NCBI GenBank assembly: GCA_045106415.1
Contig: JBGCEP010000026.1
Coordinates: 64,001-128,000 of the forward strand
Origin: Oligoflexales bacterium
GTDB taxonomy: Bacteria > Bdellovibrionota_B > Oligoflexia > Oligoflexales > Bog-1112
Length of the DNA: 64,000 bases
Direction: 5' to 3'
Shown here: positions 58,818 through 64,000 of the stretch, piece by piece
How the letters are laid out: each line of letters starts with the position of its first letter
Numbering within the stretch: the first letter of the stretch is position 1
Program-made: the position numbers and the translations under genes
Notes under the pieces: model-generated
Seen by the model: the letters and a program-made list of their open reading frames with translations, nothing else
Databases searched by the model: none
Told to the model about the DNA's origin: nothing

Positions 58818-59531
58818 ATGATGAAGATATTAGTAATTGCAGACTCTTCACCTACGATTCGTAAAGCTGCACGAATTGCTCTTGACGCCTGTGATTTTCA
58901 GGTGGAAGAAATAACTTGTAGAGCTGATCTAGAAGAATATCTCTCGAATCACTCCTTTGACTTTTTATTGTTTGGGTTCTCTAATCAATTTGATTCGAAT
59001 TCTCGGAGTGATCTCTCTCTAGAAGCTTTACAAAAAACACTTTTGCTTTATTCAGAAAAAGACAATTTAGAAAAAGAAGATTGGTTGAAACTTGGATTTT
59101 TGCATGTTTTACAAAAGCCGTTTTCTGCTCAGCAGTTAATGGATGCTACTTTACAGATGTCTTCTTCTCATGAGCCTTTAATAAAAATGCCGAATGATGA
59201 AAATTTGGGAGCTTCTGCACCTGAGGTTCCGATTCATGTAACCGATATTTTTGATGAGCAAGAAAAGATTTTGAACGAACGTAGCCAAAAAGCCTCGTTG
59301 AGGAGTGGTGGGTCTTTACTGCAAGAGGATGATTTAGCTTTAAATCAAGATCTTACTCAAGCTTCTGAGAATGTGGCTTTGAGTGAGGGTATGAAGGCGT
59401 TTTTAAGGCAACAAATAAAAGAATTTTGTCGTCAAGAATTTCCCCTGTTAGCGAAAGAAGTTTTGTCTGAAGAGCTGCAGAAGTTATCTAATAAAGCTCA
59501 GGAAAGATTTGTTGATTCCTCGAAGGTTTAG
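58818..59531 (+). CDS. RomR-like atypical response regulator (pseudo-receiver, linker, helical C-terminus)
   Basis: ILVIADSSPTIRK and LQKPFS receiver; Gly where the phospho-Asp is expected (DFLLFGF); C-terminal EFPLLAKEVLSEELQKL. Confidence 0.6.
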   Translation: MMKILVIADSSPTIRKAARIALDACDFQVEEITCRADLEEYLSNHSFDFLLFGFSNQFDSNSRSDLSLEALQKTLLLYSEKDNLEKEDWLKLGFLHVLQKPFSAQQLMDATLQMSSSHEPLIKMPNDENLGASAPEVPIHVTDIFDEQEKILNERSQKASLRSGGSLLQEDDLALNQDLTQASENVALSEGMKAFLRQQIKEFCRQEFPLLAKEVLSEELQKLSNKAQERFVDSSKV

Positions 59532-59629
59532 TGTTTGTAGTGAGAGGCTGTTTTAGATTGACCCTTGAAAACTATAAGTTTTTTGAGTTATATCTTTCGG
59601 TCTTTGACTCTTCTTTTGATGGATAGATT

Positions 59630-60472
59630 ATGTTGGAATTTCATGCGTTGCAAATAAGTAAAGTTGTCGATCAGGCCTTGCAGGAAGATTGGGCTCATGG
59701 GGATTGGACGACGGATGCCTGTGTTCCAAAAGGTACTGTTGTTCAGGCTAAAATTGTAGCAAAAACAAATCTAGTGGTTGCAGGTCTTGATGTTTTAAAA
59801 CACGTCTTCCATCGAGTTAATCCTGAACTTACTTTAGGTTTTCAGGTTGAAGCAGGCCAATATGTTGAAAAAGGAAGCGTGCTGCTTACAATTTTTGGTT
59901 GTGCGCGATCTGTTTTAAAAGCAGAGCGAGTGGCGCTTAACTTTTTTGCGAGACTCTGTGGAGTCGCAACGCATACTTATTCACTTGTAAAAGCTCTTGA
60001 AGGGACTGAAACACAGCTGTTAGACACTCGTAAAACAACTCCAGGGCTACGTATTTTTGAGAAAGCAGCTGTTGCCGCTGGAGGAGGACGCAATCATCGG
60101 TGGTGCTTGATGGATGGTGTTCTTATTAAAGAAAATCATATTCGTGCTGCTGGTGGTTTGACTTTAGCCATCGATAGGGTGCGAGGTGTTTTGCCTCCGC
60201 ATTTAAAGGTTGAGGTTGAAACAACTTGCTTTGAAGAAGTTCAAGAAGCTGTGCAGGCTGGTGCTGAAATGATTATGCTTGATAACATGCCGCCAGCACT
60301 TATGGCCCAAATAGTGCAGTGGGTAGATAAACGAGCAACGTTAGAGGCTTCGGGGAATATTACACTCGATAATATTAGGGAGATTGCTGAAACTGGAGTC
60401 AACTTTATTTCTACGAGTGCTATGTTTCACTCTTCAAAGTGGGCAGATCTTAGCTTATTGGTCGAGCATTGA
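59630..60472 (+). CDS. nadC: Nicotinate-nucleotide pyrophosphorylase (quinolinate phosphoribosyltransferase)
   Basis: ERVALNF, DTRKTTPGLR, NHR, LIKENH, IMLDNM and EASGNI. Confidence 0.96.
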   Translation: MLEFHALQISKVVDQALQEDWAHGDWTTDACVPKGTVVQAKIVAKTNLVVAGLDVLKHVFHRVNPELTLGFQVEAGQYVEKGSVLLTIFGCARSVLKAERVALNFFARLCGVATHTYSLVKALEGTETQLLDTRKTTPGLRIFEKAAVAAGGGRNHRWCLMDGVLIKENHIRAAGGLTLAIDRVRGVLPPHLKVEVETTCFEEVQEAVQAGAEMIMLDNMPPALMAQIVQWVDKRATLEASGNITLDNIREIAETGVNFISTSAMFHSSKWADLSLLVEH

Positions 60473-61410
60473 TACCGCTCCAGGTTTTTAACACCCTTGA
60501 TTCAACTTCAAATGAGGCTCGCAGGCAGCTTGAAGCGGGTGTACCTCCTTCTTTTGCTATTCGAGCTCGTCAACAAACTCAAGGGCGAGGGACTCAAGGA
60601 AGGCAATGGCTTTCCGGGGAAGGTAGTTTAGCCTTAACTCTTGTTTGCTCGTACACTTCGCACTGGGCTCCATCGCTTCAAGCTGGTGTGATTGTTGCTG
60701 AGTGGTTAGAGCGGTGCGTAGGTCTTGAGATTGGACTGAAGTGGCCAAATGATCTTATGGTACGAGGCGAAAAAATTGGTGGAATTCTATGCGAAACTCA
60801 CCATACTCAAACAGGCTCTGTTCTTATGATCGGAATCGGCATAAATCTCAAAAAAAATCTTTCAGCTCAAGAAAGCTTTACTTATCAAGTAAGTTCTTTA
60901 GAAGAGCAAGGAGTGGGGAAAGAAGGTGGGAGATATCTCGATCTTGATCGAGACACCCAAAGTTTTCTCTCTCTTTGGGAAAAACGTTGGAATGATGTGT
61001 CTTTACCAGATTATTTAAAATGGAGCGTCTCGCTTGCTCAGCCTTACTATGTGGATGGAAAGCTTGAGATTTCAAAAGATTTTGGTGAAGATGGTGCGTT
61101 TATAGGGAAGCATAAAGCTTACTATAGCAGTCAAGGTTTGCGATGGGCTTATCAAAAACCTTCAGTGGAAGGCCTATGGATTGTGAAAGAAGATAAAGGT
61201 GAATTGGCATGTTTTTATTTCCGTGACCCGTGGGGACAAACCTTTGAGCGGATTTCTGTTAACACTATGAGTCAACCTCCTTGTGTCGGATGGCCATTGT
61301 ACGTTGTAGAGAAGGGCTGGGTTGAGCCTTCAGGGGTGTGGGAAGTGATTCGTCGTCCGGCTTTAAAGCTGAAAGAGATTCATGAAATTCGAGATGTCAT
61401 TTTGAGATAG
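60469..61410 (+). CDS. birA: Biotin-protein ligase (no N-terminal HTH, extended C-terminus)
   Basis: DSTSNEA, QTQGRGTQGRQW, LKWPNDL, KIGGILCE and GIGINL. Confidence 0.9.
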   Translation: MIPLQVFNTLDSTSNEARRQLEAGVPPSFAIRARQQTQGRGTQGRQWLSGEGSLALTLVCSYTSHWAPSLQAGVIVAEWLERCVGLEIGLKWPNDLMVRGEKIGGILCETHHTQTGSVLMIGIGINLKKNLSAQESFTYQVSSLEEQGVGKEGGRYLDLDRDTQSFLSLWEKRWNDVSLPDYLKWSVSLAQPYYVDGKLEISKDFGEDGAFIGKHKAYYSSQGLRWAYQKPSVEGLWIVKEDKGELACFYFRDPWGQTFERISVNTMSQPPCVGWPLYVVEKGWVEPSGVWEVIRRPALKLKEIHEIRDVILR

Positions 61411-61419
61411 GGATGTGTC

Positions 61420-62877
61420 ATGCATGCTTTGTTACGTTATAGCGGTGAATTAAGTATTAAGTCTGAACGAGTGAAAACTCGTTTTCAAAAAAAATTAGCG
61501 CAAAATCTACAACATATGTTGAAAGATCTTCGTCTTTCGGGAAAAGTGCAGCGTTCAAGGTCTCGTATCGATATGTTTTGTGATGATTTGGACTCTGAGC
61601 AAGAAGCACTTTTGGCAAAGCATCTGAGCCGGGTGCCTGGAGTGGTATCTTGGTCGAAGATTGAGCATGTTTGTTCAGCTTCTATGTCTGAAATTATTGA
61701 GGTAGGAACACGCTACTATAAAGATTTGGTGAAAGGTCGTAAATTTGCTGTGGACTGTCGACGTTCAAGTGCGGTGAAGTTTCGTTCAATTGATGTCAAC
61801 CAGCAGTTAGGAGCTGCTTTAAATGCTGATTTAGATGCAACAGTTGATTTAAAAAATCCTGAAGTGAAAGTGCATGTCGAAATCAGAGATGATAAAGCTC
61901 TTTTTTATAGTCATGTTTATCCCGGGGCTGATGGTTTTCCTATTGGCACGGGAGGTAGAGTTGTCTGCCTCCTATCAGGAGGGTTTGATTCTGCTGTTGC
62001 AGCATATATGGTTCAGAATAGGGGCATTGAAGTTGATTACGTTTTTTGTAATTTAGCAGGAAAATCATATCAACGATCTGTCCTACGTATTGCTCGGCAC
62101 CTTGCTAAAGAATGGTCTTACGGAAGTCAGCCTCGTTTTCATACTGTGGATTTTCAAAAGATTTCAGATCATATCAAATCAGAGGTACGACCACGCTACA
62201 GCCAAGTTATTTTAAAGCGCTTGTTATATAGAGCTGCTGAAAGAATAGCTGAAAAAGTTGGTGCTGAAGCTATTGTAACAGGTGAGGTGATTGCGCAGGT
62301 TTCATCACAAACTCTAACAAATTTAAGGGCAATTGAAGTGGATACGTCTTTGCCTGTGTTGAGGCCGATTCTCACTATGGTCAAAAACGATATTGTTGCT
62401 TTAAGTCGCAAGCTGGAAACTTTTGATATGTGCGCACCCATCCAAGAGTACTGTCAGCTTGTACCTGAAAAGCCTGCGACAGCGTGTTCTGTTGAGGTTG
62501 CTCGAGAAGAACATGAAAAGTTAGATGTGTTAATGATTGACGGGATTATTGATGAAGCCGAAGAAGTAAAGCTGTCTCAGGTCTCTGATGCTGATTTACT
62601 GGCTCCTTTTGTGCTTATTGAAAATATTGAAGATAAACATGTGGTGCTTGATATTCGTGCGAAACGAGAGTTTGAACGCTGGCATGTTGAAGGAAGTGAG
62701 CGCTACGAAAGTAGAGATTTAGAAGTTAAATTTAAACAACTCGACAAAACAAAAGATTATATCGTTCTCTGTGAGGTTGGAGTTGAAAGTGCTGTGATTG
62801 CTGAAATGATGCAGTCAGCAGGCTATCATTGCTATTCTTATAAAGGCGGCGTTGCTCGTTTGAAAAAAGACCATTGA
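61420..62877 (+). CDS. thiI: tRNA 4-thiouridine synthase ThiI with rhodanese domain
   Basis: GELSIKS, THUMP domain, PP-loop LLSGGFDS, QVSSQTL, EYC and a C-terminal rhodanese (LCEVGVES). Confidence 0.93.
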   Translation: MHALLRYSGELSIKSERVKTRFQKKLAQNLQHMLKDLRLSGKVQRSRSRIDMFCDDLDSEQEALLAKHLSRVPGVVSWSKIEHVCSASMSEIIEVGTRYYKDLVKGRKFAVDCRRSSAVKFRSIDVNQQLGAALNADLDATVDLKNPEVKVHVEIRDDKALFYSHVYPGADGFPIGTGGRVVCLLSGGFDSAVAAYMVQNRGIEVDYVFCNLAGKSYQRSVLRIARHLAKEWSYGSQPRFHTVDFQKISDHIKSEVRPRYSQVILKRLLYRAAERIAEKVGAEAIVTGEVIAQVSSQTLTNLRAIEVDTSLPVLRPILTMVKNDIVALSRKLETFDMCAPIQEYCQLVPEKPATACSVEVAREEHEKLDVLMIDGIIDEAEEVKLSQVSDADLLAPFVLIENIEDKHVVLDIRAKREFERWHVEGSERYESRDLEVKFKQLDKTKDYIVLCEVGVESAVIAEMMQSAGYHCYSYKGGVARLKKDH

Positions 62878-62894
62878 ATTTATAGTGTGCCTTT

Positions 62895-62951
62895 AAAAAG
62901 CTATTCATTTTAAGGATTTAATTTTCACTCTGTTACAATGAATAGCTTTTT
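62895..62951. terminator. Inverted repeat/possible bidirectional terminator after thiI
   Basis: AAAAAGCTATTCATT-N27-AATGAATAGCTTTTT. Confidence 0.55.
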
Positions 62952-62962
62952 TGTGTGAACCA

Positions 62963-63323
62963 CAACATGAATTTTGTTTTAATTATTACAGAATCGCTCT
63001 CTTAACTTGCTAAGAATATTTTAAAAAAAGAAGTTGTGGGTGAAGGCCTTTAGCAAAGGGTGGGATCGCCGAATATGGTTATGTCGGCAAAGCTGGCATA
63101 ACAGGACCTTTCCACAGGTGAGAGGGGGTTTCATGACGAAATGTATAGATTTGATGTTTGAAATTTGGAGGTTAAACACTCAAATCAACATATTTTGGCG
63201 GACGCTTGGTTCTCACTGTTCCCATATCCTTCCAGGAAATCTCGCCTTAATAGGTGTTGTTTTATAGCGCCTGCAACCTCGTGCACTGGTAGCCTTCTGG
63301 CTACCGGTGACCTGCCTTTTCAT
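62963..63323 (-). mobile_element. Possible transposase-less IS110-family non-coding end (structured RNA region)
   Basis: Relatively GC-rich non-coding segment with hairpins (GGTAGCC-TTCT-GGCTACC 63288-63305; 63252-63272). The family assignment rests on my recollection of IS110 leader sequences and is unverified. Confidence 0.4.
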
Positions 63324-64000
63324 TGAGTTGTAGTACAAGGTGATTTGCACTGAAACTCTCCAAGTTTAGGAGGGCTCCCTGGAATGACGGGGTAATAGCC
63401 AAGAATGTCTTTGGGGTGTACGTTCCCAATAATAGCGACCTCTTTTTCTTCCGGGTAAAAAACTTTATCACCAAGAGCTTTGTTGACGTCGACACTTCGA
63501 GCTTCAGGTGTTCGAATTTTAAAGACAACACCGCCGTTTTCAGCAAATTGAAGGGCAATGCTTTTATCATAAGAAGTCGAGACAAAAAGGCTTTGTTGTG
63601 TCTTTCCCTCAAGTCCGGTTCCGAGGTGATGTTTTTTTATTGTATTAAAAATAAGAGTGTCTGGGGAGATGGCTCCTGTTTTGAAGTTGAAAACAGCAGG
63701 AGAGTCAATGCCCTTATTTAATAAGATATTCGCTGTCGCCTTCGTGATTTTCATGCCTCTGAAAACTTCGATTCCTTTTGGAACTTTTGCGAAATCAAAA
63801 ACCTTTTTTTTCCTATTGATATAAACGTCATGATTTGTCAGTGTTGAGTGTTGATTAATATCTTTAGCTGTGATGATTTTTTTACTGCCTTCGATAGGAT
63901 CAAATTTTGGTTCTTTTTTTTCTTTGTCTTTTATAAATGCATCGCGTTTGCTGATATCCTGAGAATGGCTAACGTCTGAGGAAACTTTAATATCTTTTGT
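63320..64000 (-). CDS. Partial (5' end outside the window) protein with C-terminal R-S-E ADP-ribosyltransferase domain (scabin/pierisin-like)
   Basis: The frame is open from 64000. It reads EVFRG (catalytic R, just upstream of the track's Met), FVSTS and VDVNKALG...YPEEKEVA (ExE). Confidence 0.8.
   Translation of the reverse strand, partial: TKDIKVSSDVSHSQDISKRDAFIKDKEKKEPKFDPIEGSKKIITAKDINQHSTLTNHDVYINRKKKVFDFAKVPKGIEVFRGMKITKATANILLNKGIDSPAVFNFKTGAISPDTLIFNTIKKHHLGTGLEGKTQQSLFVSTSYDKSIALQFAENGGVVFKIRTPEARSVDVNKALGDKVFYPEEKEVAIIGNVHPKDILGYYPVIPGSPPKLGEFQCKSPCTTTQ

Noticed and set aside
63034..63721. ORFs 63034-63267, 63301-63612 and 63416-63721 as immunity or accessory genes
   Set aside because: Two are alternative or antisense frames of the ART gene; the third is on the opposite strand within the structured non-coding segment and has no motif.

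Overview
This is a 64 kb, gene-dense, AT-rich bacterial chromosomal segment. The lineage is inferred, not shown: a TIGR02147/DUF4423-like protein, a RomR-like receiver and sigma-28-like motifs before non-flagellar genes point to Bdellovibrionota (Oligoflexia-like). Housekeeping genes include gluQ, PBP1A, pyk, tatA, mlaEFD, betT, fur, lptG, fadBA, efp-accB-accC, fadD, rdgC, nadC-birA and thiI. The main uncharacterised modules are: (1) a five-gene exported heme-c/DUF1588-DUF1585/Tat-DUF1501/outer-membrane-barrel cluster; (2) a tatA, Get3/ArsA-pair, mlaEFD operon; (3) PBP1A plus an LpoA-like gene followed by two paralogous twin-arginine proteins; (4) a TsdA-like diheme cytochrome fused to DM13; (5) a BpsA-like polyamine synthase coupled to a LysE exporter; (6) a DedA/VTT-lipase fusion; and (7) a scabin/pierisin-like R-S-E ADP-ribosyltransferase cut by the right edge. 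Three IS5-family relics lie in intergenic gaps, one of which rewrote a gene's 3' end, and there is a possible transposase-less IS110 non-coding end. No rRNA, tRNA or CRISPR array was seen. All family calls come from reading motifs by eye; no searches were run.
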